DNA of 64,000 bases from an uncultured Bacilli bacterium (GTDB lineage Bacteria; Bacillota_I; Bacilli_A; RF39; UBA660), in assembly GCA_947589495.1 (NCBI GenBank), contig CANQAK010000001.1:13017-77016 (forward strand), given 5' to 3'. The notes under the pieces are model-generated. The model had not been told where the DNA came from and ran no database searches. It saw only the letters and a program-made list of their open reading frames with translations. Of the stretch, positions 1 through 9,116 are shown piece after piece (within the stretch, counting starts at the first letter, position 1; each line of letters opens with the position of its first letter). A program made the translations under genes and the position numbers.

Positions 1-455
1 CTTTCTTTTATAGAATGGATAGATTAATAAATTTTGCAAATGGAAATAGTTATCAATTAGAAAATGCTTTAATTACAATTGGAAGTGCTTCTTTTTATGG
101 AGTTGGTTTTAATAAAATACTTCTTTATATTCCGGAAGCACCTACTGATTTTTTCTTCTCTTTTTCTATCGGTAATTTTGGCCTTTTAAGTGGAATTATA
201 ATTATTACTTCTTTTTTAATATTTGATATATTATTAATATACAAAACAAGTAAATTAAAAAGAAAAGAAGAAAAAATCTTCTCATACAGTTATATTGCTA
301 TTTTACTTTTTCATGAAATATATAATATAGCAATGAATTTAGGATTACTCCCTATTATGGGTATTCCTCTTCCCTTTTTATCATATGGTGGAACTAATAC
401 ATTAATTAATTTTCTATTCCTTGGTATCATTATGAATTTCTTAATTAAAATATAA
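1..455 (+). CDS. C-terminal fragment of a SEDS-family peptidoglycan glycosyltransferase (FtsW/RodA/SpoVE-like); the gene starts upstream of the window
   Basis: The reading frame is open to position 1. The conserved SEDS C-terminal motif 'GIPLPFLSYGGTNTL' is present, and the rest is hydrophobic TM-rich sequence. Confidence 0.7.
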   Translation, partial: FFYRMDRLINFANGNSYQLENALITIGSASFYGVGFNKILLYIPEAPTDFFFSFSIGNFGLLSGIIIITSFLIFDILLIYKTSKLKRKEEKIFSYSYIAILLFHEIYNIAMNLGLLPIMGIPLPFLSYGGTNTLINFLFLGIIMNFLIKI

Positions 456-500
456 AAAAAATGGCTTATACAAATGAAGCCATTTTAATTTTATTTATAA

Positions 501-1985
501 TTAAATATATGTCATTATTGTAAATAATACTAATAATATTACTAACATTGCAACAATGAAAATCCAAATATATTTAATCCAAGTCTTAAGGTCAATTTTT
601 AAATAAGATAAACCAATTAATAGTATTGCACTAGTTGGAATGAATAATCCAACAAATCCATACATTGTTGTAAAGATAGTATGTATTACTTCTAAATTAG
701 CAGCGTATGTATTTGTGAAGTATGTAGCAACTACATATCCAGTAAATCCAAAATCTACATGGAAAATATTAGATACTAATGCATCAAAACTTACTAAGAA
801 TGGATTAAACTTATCAATACCACTAAATATTGTATTAGTAATTGTTGGAATGAATGGACTCATATAAGCTGCTACCATAACTAAATATGTTCCTACAAAA
901 AGTAAGATTGGTAAGCTCATTTTTTTCATTCCTTCGCCATAAGCAGATATAAAATCATTTAATTTAACTCTACTTACAATAGCTACTAAGATGCTCATAA
1001 CTATTAATAAAATTGAACCATGGAATAAATTCCAAGCTCCAAATGGGGCATCTTTAGCTAGAGTTCCAAGAATAACTTTAAATACTTGGAAATCACCAAT
1101 TTTTAAGTCAAGTAACCATGTATGGAAACTACTAAATGCTGTAATACCAAAGTTAGTTTCCCATGCTACATAACCTAATACCATTAATATAAAAGTAATT
1201 GCAAAAAGTACAACAATTGGCCATGATTTTGCCTTTTTATCTACTTCTTCTACTTTAAATAAATCTGCATCTTTTTCATTTACATTTTTATCTTTTAAAA
1301 CTTTTTTAACATGATAAACTGTAAAGAAATTAAATAAAACATATGCTACTACTAAAATTAGTAAACGATAAAGTATTGCTGTAGTAACAGTAGCATTAAC
1401 ATAATTATTAAACCAATATAGTCCTTCTCCACCGTAAGTTACACCAAGTGTACCAATTAATATAGAACCAAATGTAATACAGAATGCTGTAATTTTATCT
1501 AATTTCATAGATAAAGCAACTGAAATTATAAATGGAACAAATATTAATGCTATAAAGCTTTGTGAGAACACTGAAGCCATTACAGTAAATAATAATGAAC
1601 TAATTAATGCAAATATTATTTCCTTTCCTTTAAATTTTTCTGCTACAGTATTAACTAATTTTTTATAGCCTTTGCATTTACTTAATACTGCATAGAAAGC
1701 TCCTAATGCTAGTAAGAATATAATTTTATCACCAGCAAAATTAATGGCATAATAAATTAAATTTGGAATGTCTGTAAGACCTTGTTGATTCATGCCATAA
1801 TCATAATATTCAGCACCATTGTAATAACCATATGAGAAAATCCAAGTTAAAGCAATAGATAAAATAACAAATAAACTAATCCATTTTACTAAATCATGCT
1901 TTTCAGATTTTCTTATAATCATGATACCAGCAATAAGTGCTAATACTAATACAACTATAAGACCAATAATTTGAGTTATTGTCAT
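501..1985 (-). CDS. Polytopic integral membrane protein, putative transporter; family uncertain (YfcC/DcuC- or NhaC-like size and topology)
   Basis: 494-aa ORF with at least 10 hydrophobic segments and no recognisable catalytic motif. Confidence 0.45.
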   Translation of the reverse strand: MTITQIIGLIVVLVLALIAGIMIIRKSEKHDLVKWISLFVILSIALTWIFSYGYYNGAEYYDYGMNQQGLTDIPNLIYYAINFAGDKIIFLLALGAFYAVLSKCKGYKKLVNTVAEKFKGKEIIFALISSLLFTVMASVFSQSFIALIFVPFIISVALSMKLDKITAFCITFGSILIGTLGVTYGGEGLYWFNNYVNATVTTAILYRLLILVVAYVLFNFFTVYHVKKVLKDKNVNEKDADLFKVEEVDKKAKSWPIVVLFAITFILMVLGYVAWETNFGITAFSSFHTWLLDLKIGDFQVFKVILGTLAKDAPFGAWNLFHGSILLIVMSILVAIVSRVKLNDFISAYGEGMKKMSLPILLFVGTYLVMVAAYMSPFIPTITNTIFSGIDKFNPFLVSFDALVSNIFHVDFGFTGYVVATYFTNTYAANLEVIHTIFTTMYGFVGLFIPTSAILLIGLSYLKIDLKTWIKYIWIFIVAMLVILLVLFTIMTYI

Positions 1986-2049
1986 TTTCCTTACCTCCTA
2001 GTGAAATTATATCACTAGTAAAAATAAAAATAAAGCTTTTTTCACATTT

Positions 2050-2086
2050 AAAACCATTAAAAAATAGTTTGATTTTGCCAAACTAT
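2050..2086 (-). terminator. Intrinsic terminator of lysS, overlapping the stop codon
   Basis: Hairpin ATAGTTTGattttgcCAAACTAT followed by a T-run on the minus strand. Confidence 0.6.
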
Positions 2087-3591
2087 TTATTTTTAGTTTC
2101 ACCTACTGGTTTCATTGTTGGAAATAAAATAACATCTCTTATTGATTCACTTTCCGTAAATAACATTACAAGTCTATCTATTCCATATCCAATACCACCT
2201 GCTGGAGGCATTCCATATTCAAGGGCTTCAACAAAGTCCATATCTATATCATTTGCTTCATCATTACCTAAATCTTTTTCTTTTAATTGACTTTCAAATC
2301 TTTCTAATTGATCAATTGGATCATTTAATTCGGTATAAGCATTTGCAAATTCTTTTCCGCCGATAAATAATTCAAAACGATCTACGAATCTTGGATCTTT
2401 AGGATTTTTCTTAGTAAGTGGTGATATTTCAATTGGATGTCCATATAAAAATGTTGGTTCAATTAATGTTTCTTCAACATATTTTTCAAAAAATAAATTA
2501 ATAATATGTCCCACATTTTTTTGATGTTCTTCAACAGTAATATCATGTTCACTAGCTAACTTTAAAGCATCTTCAACACTCATTTCTTTACTAAAATCTA
2601 TTCCTGTTTTTTCTTTTATGGCATCAACCATACTTATTCTTCTCCATGGCCCTTCTAAATTAATGGTATTACCACACCAATTAAAAGTCATTTTACCAAA
2701 AACATCTTTAGCAATTTTTTGATACATTGATTCAGTTAATTCCATCATACCTTCTAAATCAGAATATGCTAAATATGCTTCCATTAAAGTAAATTCAGGA
2801 TTATGTTTAGGATCCATTCCTTCGTTTCTAAATGTTCTACCTATTTCATATACTCTTTCCATTCCTCCAACTAAAAGTCTTTTTAATGGAAGTTCTAGTG
2901 CTATTCTCAAGTACATATCTAAATCTTGAGCATTATGATGAGTAATAAAAGGTCTTGCAGCAGCACCAGTTAAAAGTGTTGATAATATTGGCGTTTCTAC
3001 TTCTAAAAATCCTCTTTCATCCATAAAATTTTGAATACATCTAATAATTTTTGGTCTAATAAAAGCAATTTTTTTAGAATTTTCATTCATAATTAAATCA
3101 ACATAACGTCTTCTATAACGTTCTTCTATATCTGTTAAACCATGAAATTTTTCTGGAAGTGGTCTTAATGCTTTAACTAAATGAGTATATTTAGTAGCAT
3201 GAATTGTTAAAGCTCCTGTATTAGTTTTACAAACAAAACCATTAATACCAATTATATCTCCTAAATCACAAGCTTTATATAATTCATATTCACTTTCACC
3301 AACATCATTAATACTTATATATATTTGCATATTGCCAAATCTATCTTGTATATCCATAAATCCAGCTTTACCACTACGTCGTTTACTCATTATTCTTCCT
3401 GCAATAACTACTTCTTTATGTAAAGATTCTAAATCTTCTTTAGTCATATTTTCATAATTATCTTTAATTTCCTTTGAATTACTTGTTACATCAAATTTAG
3501 AACCAAAAGGATCTATACCTAAATTTCTTAAATTTTCTGCTTTTTCTCTTCTTACTAATTCTTGATCTGTAAAATTTCGTGTAATAGCCAT
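2083..3591 (-). CDS. lysS: Lysyl-tRNA synthetase, class II
   Basis: Class II aaRS motifs and the LysS-specific C-terminus '[31 protein letters not shown]'. The ORF-track start at 3606 is a TTG. The ATG at 3591 ('MAITRNF') has an AGGTGAT RBS 7 nt upstream. Confidence 0.95.
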   Translation of the reverse strand: MAITRNFTDQELVRREKAENLRNLGIDPFGSKFDVTSNSKEIKDNYENMTKEDLESLHKEVVIAGRIMSKRRSGKAGFMDIQDRFGNMQIYISINDVGESEYELYKACDLGDIIGINGFVCKTNTGALTIHATKYTHLVKALRPLPEKFHGLTDIEERYRRRYVDLIMNENSKKIAFIRPKIIRCIQNFMDERGFLEVETPILSTLLTGAAARPFITHHNAQDLDMYLRIALELPLKRLLVGGMERVYEIGRTFRNEGMDPKHNPEFTLMEAYLAYSDLEGMMELTESMYQKIAKDVFGKMTFNWCGNTINLEGPWRRISMVDAIKEKTGIDFSKEMSVEDALKLASEHDITVEEHQKNVGHIINLFFEKYVEETLIEPTFLYGHPIEISPLTKKNPKDPRFVDRFELFIGGKEFANAYTELNDPIDQLERFESQLKEKDLGNDEANDIDMDFVEALEYGMPPAGGIGYGIDRLVMLFTESESIRDVILFPTMKPVGETKNK

Positions 3592-3657
3592 AAAAATCAC
3601 CTGCAAAAATTATACCACAAAAAAAAAGCCTTTCATAGAAAAAGCTTTTAAAATTAA

Positions 3658-4197
3658 TTAAATTTTATACATTTTGGCCTTATTTCTAGTAGCTAAATAA
3701 GCTCCAACAGCAACAACTGCTATAACTCCTAATGCAATATAAGGTAATGTTGCACCAGTTTGTTTATTATCTGCAGCTTGATCTGGAATTGTTGCAGGTT
3801 TAATTGTTGCAGTTTCATTATTTAATGCAACACCAATTTCACATTCTGTTGAACCACTTGCTTTGTATGTGAAAGAAAATAAATCACCTTCACCAACAAC
3901 ACCAAAAGAAGTTAATTGTACAGTCCAAACTCCACTGTTTTCATTTTGTGATTGAACTGTCCATTCAGATTCAGAAGCACTAAAAATACTAGAAATTTCT
4001 GCTCCACCACGTTCAGTTAAAGTTACAGTTAAATTATCTACGGCCTCTGTACCTGTAATTGTATAGGCTACAGTACAAGTTATATTTCCATTTTCATCTT
4101 GATTACTACAATTTGGAACAATTCCTGTTGCGGCTTTCGCACTAAGCGGTAAAAATGCTATTAAAGACATTACCATTAAACCAAATAATTTTTTCAC
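3658..4197 (-). CDS. Small secreted or cell-surface protein with a signal peptide and a C-terminal tripartite anchor ('NKQTG' + hydrophobic stretch + basic tail); candidate sortase substrate
   Basis: N-terminal 'MKKLFGLMVMSLIAFLPLSAKA'. C-terminus '...DNKQTGATLPYIALGVIAVVAVGAYLATRNKAKMYKI'. Confidence 0.55.
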   Translation of the reverse strand: MKKLFGLMVMSLIAFLPLSAKAATGIVPNCSNQDENGNITCTVAYTITGTEAVDNLTVTLTERGGAEISSIFSASESEWTVQSQNENSGVWTVQLTSFGVVGEGDLFSFTYKASGSTECEIGVALNNETATIKPATIPDQAADNKQTGATLPYIALGVIAVVAVGAYLATRNKAKMYKI

Positions 4198-4325
4198 TTT
4201 TATCCTCTCCTACTCTCTATTATGTCAACATTATATCATAAAAATACAAAAATCTACATTTTTTTGAAAAAAAATTATTAAAAAATGTCAAATTGTGTTA
4301 TTATATATAATAAGGAGAATAAAAT

Positions 4326-5939
4326 ATGATAAAGATTCTTTTTCAAATAAAAGATAACAGATTATATATTCAAAAAAGAAAAAGACTTAATGCTGATCAA
4401 AAAAGTCTTATTAATACTAATGTTATTAGTGAAAATGAATTAGTATTTAGTGATGAATACATAAAACAAAATGTTAAAATAATCCATAATTTTGTTAAAG
4501 AATTAATTAATAATTATAATATTGATACTCTAATAATTAAAGAATTAGAAATAGCTCCTTTAATTTTACATGTGTCAAGTAATATAACTAATTTAAAAAA
4601 TTTATATCTTTTAGAAGAATCAATTATCAACTATAAAGTATGTGAAAAAATAATTAAAACTAATTCTATTAAATATGTTTCTTTATATAATATTCCAACA
4701 TTTTTATTAGAAATGTTAGATAGAGAAAAAATTATTGTAGAATCAAGAAGTGAAATATTATTTTTAAGTAATTTTATGAAAGATAATAATTTAGATAATT
4801 TTTCTTCTCTATATTATAAAACTACTATTTATATTAATCTTCCCTTTTCTAAAGAAGATGAAGAAGATTTTCTATCTTTTATTAATATTAATAAATACTT
4901 AAAAAATATTTATGTTAATAAATTAAATAAAAATGATATTGAAAATATTTTAGAAATACTTTATAAATTAAAACTTAAAAATATTAAAATTTATATAGAA
5001 GAAAATATTAATGATGTTGAATTAATTGAATATTTAAAAAAGATTAACAAAAGAAATGCTAAAATAAATGGAATTCATTTTAAAATTGATTATAGTAAAG
5101 AATATTTAGAAGATAATTTAATGAATCAAATTCATATTAATACTATTAAAGCTTGTATTTTTATTTCTCTTTTCTTAGTAAGTTCTTTAGTACTCTATGT
5201 TTTTTCATCAAATTATATGTCAATGCAAAAAGTTGAAGATATACAAGATGATATAAATAATGCAATTGCTGAAAATAAAAATGAAGAAAATGAAGAAACA
5301 CAAGAAGAAATTATAGAAGAGCCTCCAGTAGAAGTACCAACAGAAGAAGTAAAAGAAGAAAAGGTTGAACCTAAAATGGTTGAAGACTATGCTGCTCTTT
5401 TAGAAATTAATAAAGATACTGTTGGTTGGTTAAAAGTAAATAATACAAATGTTGATTATCCAGTAGTTCAAGCTAGTGATAATGATTATTATTTATCAAG
5501 AAATTATAAAGGTCAAAAAGACAACAGTGGTTGGATTTTTCTGGATTATCGTGCTGATGCTGTTAATTTAAGTCAAAATAATATTATTTTTGGACATAAT
5601 ATGTATTACAGTGGTGTTATGTTTGGAACTCTTTATAAAACTAAATATTCTAATTGGTATACTAATCCTGAAAATCAAATTATAGAATTTAATACTATGT
5701 ATCAAAAACTAAGATGGCAAATTTTTTCTATTTATGTTGTTCCTAATACAAATGATTATTTAATTGCTAATTTTAGTTCTGATGAAAAATTCCAAGAATT
5801 TCTAAATTTAATTACTGAACGTAGTATTTATGGATTTAATACTCCTGTATTTACTACTGATAAAATACTAACATTATCAACTTGTTCTAATAATGGTAAA
5901 AATAGATTAGTTATACATGCTGTTTTATTAAGCGATTAA
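4326..5939 (+). CDS. Class B sortase (SrtB-like) carrying an unusual ~270-aa N-terminal cytoplasmic Leu/Ile-rich repeat domain, a single TM helix and an acidic linker
   Basis: The C-terminal 210 aa carry SrtB hallmarks: 'VGWLKVNNTNVDYPVVQASDNDYYL', 'NIIFGHNMYYSGVMFGTL' (catalytic His) and 'LTLSTC' (catalytic Cys). A TM helix 'IKACIFISLFLVSSLVLYVF' lies near aa 275, so the preceding 270 aa are cytoplasmic. Confidence 0.75.
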   Translation: MIKILFQIKDNRLYIQKRKRLNADQKSLINTNVISENELVFSDEYIKQNVKIIHNFVKELINNYNIDTLIIKELEIAPLILHVSSNITNLKNLYLLEESIINYKVCEKIIKTNSIKYVSLYNIPTFLLEMLDREKIIVESRSEILFLSNFMKDNNLDNFSSLYYKTTIYINLPFSKEDEEDFLSFININKYLKNIYVNKLNKNDIENILEILYKLKLKNIKIYIEENINDVELIEYLKKINKRNAKINGIHFKIDYSKEYLEDNLMNQIHINTIKACIFISLFLVSSLVLYVFSSNYMSMQKVEDIQDDINNAIAENKNEENEETQEEIIEEPPVEVPTEEVKEEKVEPKMVEDYAALLEINKDTVGWLKVNNTNVDYPVVQASDNDYYLSRNYKGQKDNSGWIFLDYRADAVNLSQNNIIFGHNMYYSGVMFGTLYKTKYSNWYTNPENQIIEFNTMYQKLRWQIFSIYVVPNTNDYLIANFSSDEKFQEFLNLITERSIYGFNTPVFTTDKILTLSTCSNNGKNRLVIHAVLLSD

Positions 5940-7027
5940 ATATCGCTTTTTTCAATGTATTTTTCCATTTCTTCTAAATTAAGTTGTAATCTTAAATTAT
6001 TTTGATCTTTTTCTAAAGCTAGTTTAACATTTTCTACTGCTTCATCATAATAACCTAAATTAAAAGAACAAATACTTAATAAATCATATATAAAACTATT
6101 CCAAGCAAATACTTCATTAATATATGTTTTACTTTTAACTTTTATTTTTAAAGCTAATTTTAAATACTTATAAGCTTCAAAATAATTTTCTTCTTCATAA
6201 TAAAGATAAGCAAGTTCTATGTAAGCTTCTCTTAAATATGGTGCCTCTTGAATGGCTTTTAAATACCAATTTTTAGCTTCTTCTTTCTCATTTTTAGCAC
6301 TATAACTTCTAGCAATATAACGCATAGAGGCAGCTCTTTCATCTTTCCAAGTAGCACTTTTTAAATCAAGATGTTTTTTTAATGTTTCAATACATTTATC
6401 CCATTGACAATAATACATATATTCTCTACCTAAATAATGCATATTTCTATCATCTTCTGGACATTCTTTAACACTTAATTCTAAAAGGGGTAAATAACTT
6501 TTTCGAGATTTTGTAATATCAGGATAATGCTCTAATAAAATATTTTTACATAATACTTCTTTTTCTAAACATTTGGGAGTTAAAACTTCATGTACGGGAT
6601 GAGTCCAAGTATATGCTTTATTTTTATGAATTTTATTAATATAAAAAGTAGTTGCAGGATTACCATACTCATCAAAAGACCAATTATATTCATATCTTAA
6701 TCTTGTTACATCATCATTCCAAGTTTTAACTACTTCATCTTTCCATCCTTTTTTAAATATTTCATCTAAATCAGTACATACACATATTTCATAATCATCG
6801 GGAACTAAATTTAAAGATTCATTTCTTGCAACATCAAAACGCCATGGTTTAATTTCTTTTTCATGTACTTCAACTCCTCTTTTTTTTAATTTTTCAACTG
6901 TTTTATCTGTTGAACCTGTATCTAAAACAATAATTTTATCAGCTTCTTGCATAGAATCTACCCATCTATCCACAAACTTCTCTTCATTTTTACTAATTGC
7001 ATAAACACACACTTTATAATTTTTCAA
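5936..7027 (-). CDS. Family-2 glycosyltransferase N-terminal domain fused to C-terminal TPR repeats
   Basis: GT2-like N-terminus 'KVCVYAISKNEEKFVDRWVDSMQEADKIIVLDTGSTDKT'. C-terminal TPR-like Tyr/Ala/Leu periodicity. Lies adjacent to the collagen-like gene. Confidence 0.65.
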   Translation of the reverse strand: MKNYKVCVYAISKNEEKFVDRWVDSMQEADKIIVLDTGSTDKTVEKLKKRGVEVHEKEIKPWRFDVARNESLNLVPDDYEICVCTDLDEIFKKGWKDEVVKTWNDDVTRLRYEYNWSFDEYGNPATTFYINKIHKNKAYTWTHPVHEVLTPKCLEKEVLCKNILLEHYPDITKSRKSYLPLLELSVKECPEDDRNMHYLGREYMYYCQWDKCIETLKKHLDLKSATWKDERAASMRYIARSYSAKNEKEEAKNWYLKAIQEAPYLREAYIELAYLYYEEENYFEAYKYLKLALKIKVKSKTYINEVFAWNSFIYDLLSICSFNLGYYDEAVENVKLALEKDQNNLRLQLNLEEMEKYIEKSDI

Positions 7028-7064
7028 AATATCACCTAAAATATTTTATGCTAATTAAAAAAAA

Positions 7065-7098
7065 TGGTATCAAAATAAAAAAGCCAAAATGGCCTTTT
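7065..7098 (-). terminator. Putative intrinsic terminator downstream of the collagen-like gene
   Basis: Short GC hairpin 'GCCAaaaTGGC' flanked by A and T runs on both strands. Confidence 0.45.
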
Positions 7099-7100
7099 TA

Positions 7101-7853
7101 TTAAGCAACTTGTACTACTGTAAGTCTTGCATCATTAACTGTTAATGTTGCAGTATTGTTTTCTGTAGTAATTGCTAAATCTAAAGTTGCTCCAGCAGGT
7201 AATTCTGCAAATACTGTTCCATTGTAATTTGTAGCAGCAGCATTAGTTACGTTTCCACTTGTCGCAGTTGTATCTATATTTTGATTATTGCTTCTTACAG
7301 CAAAGGTAATATCTGCCGTTTCTGTTGTTGTAACATCACTATTATAACTTATTTGATAAGTTCCTTCTTCATCTACAGTTAAACTATTTGTAGAATAATT
7401 AACATTTTGAGCTGGTAAAGTTTCTCCTAATTGAATTTGATATGGACTAGAATCTTGTGTTAAATTAATACTTTGAGATCCTGTATTATAAAGTCCACCA
7501 AAAGCGGTAAATCCAACTGGTCCTGTTGGCCCTTCAATTCCTTGAGCTCCTGTTGCTCCAGTTGCCCCAGTTGGTCCTGTTGGACCCGTTGGCCCTGTAG
7601 GTCCTGTTAATCCAGTAGGACCTATTGGTCCAGTTGGACCTTGTGGAATAGTTAAATTTAAAATAAAATTAGGTGCTACTCCTGTAATACTTGCGGCAGC
7701 TTGACTGCCTGGAGCACCTGTAGTTACTGTACCAATTGTTAATGTCATATTTCCTGGAACAACATTACTTTGAGCTAAGCAACAACAAGGTGATGGTCTA
7801 TAATTTTTATTAAAATTTTGAATTATACATCTAGCTCTTTCAACGTTATTCAT
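7101..7853 (-). CDS. Collagen-like triple-helix-repeat protein, BclA-like exosporium or spore-surface glycoprotein candidate
   Basis: A central tract of about 25 G-X-Y triplets ([44 protein letters not shown]) lies between an N-terminal domain and a Thr/Asn-rich C-terminal beta-domain. A CATATGTTA motif (sigK-type -10) lies upstream. Confidence 0.75.
   Translation of the reverse strand: MNNVERARCIIQNFNKNYRPSPCCCLAQSNVVPGNMTLTIGTVTTGAPGSQAAASITGVAPNFILNLTIPQGPTGPIGPTGLTGPTGPTGPTGPTGATGATGAQGIEGPTGPVGFTAFGGLYNTGSQSINLTQDSSPYQIQLGETLPAQNVNYSTNSLTVDEEGTYQISYNSDVTTTETADITFAVRSNNQNIDTTATSGNVTNAAATNYNGTVFAELPAGATLDLAITTENNTATLTVNDARLTVVQVA
7520..7660 (-). repeat. Imperfect 9-bp tandem repeats encoding the GPT collagen triplets
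   Basis: Reiterated 'ggtcctgttgg/ggacccgttgg/ggccctgtagg' units are visible in the sequence. Confidence 0.7.
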
Positions 7854-7929
7854 TTTTCCCTCCCATTAGTAACATATGAGATAAGAAACTTATTGAAAAG
7901 TTCAAATAACTAGTTCTCTCAAAAAAGTG

Positions 7930-9054
7930 TTATAAAGATTTTAATTTTTTATAACATTCATCAAAAATATTTAAAAATTTATCAATTTCTTCTTTACTTG
8001 TTAAATAAGATAAACTAATTCTAATGCTACTTTGAGCTCTTTTTTTATCTTTAGTTAACTCATAGACACTTTCACTTAAACTATCATGAATACTACAAGC
8101 TGTTTTAGTAGAAACATAAACATCATATTCTTCTAAAGCATGCATAAATGTTTCTGATTTTATACCTAAAATACTTATATTTAAAATATGAGGAATACAT
8201 TTATCATTACTATTTATATAAACATCTTCATAATTACTTAATTTACTTTTTAAATATTTATTTAACTCTAAAACATAATTAAATTTTTCATCTAAATTAA
8301 TATATGCAAGTCTTAATGCTTTTGATATAGAAACAATTAAAGGATGAGCAGGTGTTCCACTTCTATAAATAGTTGTTGATTTACCTCCATGAATTAAAGG
8401 CTCTAATTGAATTTTTTCTTTTTTAATTAAACAACTTATGCCTTTAATTCCATAAATTTTATGTGCTGAAAAAGTCCCTAAATCAATATTATCTAAATTT
8501 ACATTTATTTTACCTATACTTTGAGTTAAATCAACATGAAATATACATTTTGGATATTCTTTTAAAAATTGTCCTATTTCTTCAATAGGTTGTTTTATTC
8601 CTATTTCACTATTAACATGATTTATAGTTACTAATATAGTGTCACTACGCATAAGACTTTTTAAACTATCTAAATTAATTACTCCATTTTCATCTGTTTC
8701 AACATACGATACTTCAAATCCTAAATCTTTTAAAAAATCTAATGCTCCATATGTTGCTGAATGTTCAAACTTACTTGTAATAATATGTTTACCTCTTTGT
8801 TGATATTTAAAAGCAACTCCTTTAATTGCTAAATTAATTGATTCACTAGAACTACTTGTATAAATAATCTCATCATTTTTAACATTTAAAATATGAGCAA
8901 TCTGTGTGGTTGCACTTTCTATTAATTTAGAGGAATTTACCCCTAATTTATGTAAAGAATTAGCATTACCTATAAATTCTTTATTAGCTACATTAAAACT
9001 TTCTAAAACTTCCTCATTAACCGGTGTAGTAGCACTATAATCTAAATAAATCAT
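7930..9054 (-). CDS. Cysteine desulfurase / class V aminotransferase (NifS/IscS family)
   Basis: 'MIYLDYSATTPV...' N-terminus and the PLP-lysine region 'FSAHKIYGIKGISCL'. The ORF-track start at 9072 is a TTG. The ATG at 9054 has a GAAGGTGA RBS. Confidence 0.8.
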   Translation of the reverse strand: MIYLDYSATTPVNEEVLESFNVANKEFIGNANSLHKLGVNSSKLIESATTQIAHILNVKNDEIIYTSSSSESINLAIKGVAFKYQQRGKHIITSKFEHSATYGALDFLKDLGFEVSYVETDENGVINLDSLKSLMRSDTILVTINHVNSEIGIKQPIEEIGQFLKEYPKCIFHVDLTQSIGKINVNLDNIDLGTFSAHKIYGIKGISCLIKKEKIQLEPLIHGGKSTTIYRSGTPAHPLIVSISKALRLAYINLDEKFNYVLELNKYLKSKLSNYEDVYINSNDKCIPHILNISILGIKSETFMHALEEYDVYVSTKTACSIHDSLSESVYELTKDKKRAQSSIRISLSYLTSKEEIDKFLNIFDECYKKLKSL

Positions 9055-9116
9055 CTTAAAAATCACCTTCAAAAATTATATCACAGTAATTTAAAAAAGG
9101 CACCATTTATTGGGCC

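Noticed and set aside
1979-2290. 103-aa + strand ORF overlapping the 3' end of lysS
   Set aside because: It is antisense to conserved LysS C-terminal coding sequence and has no RBS.
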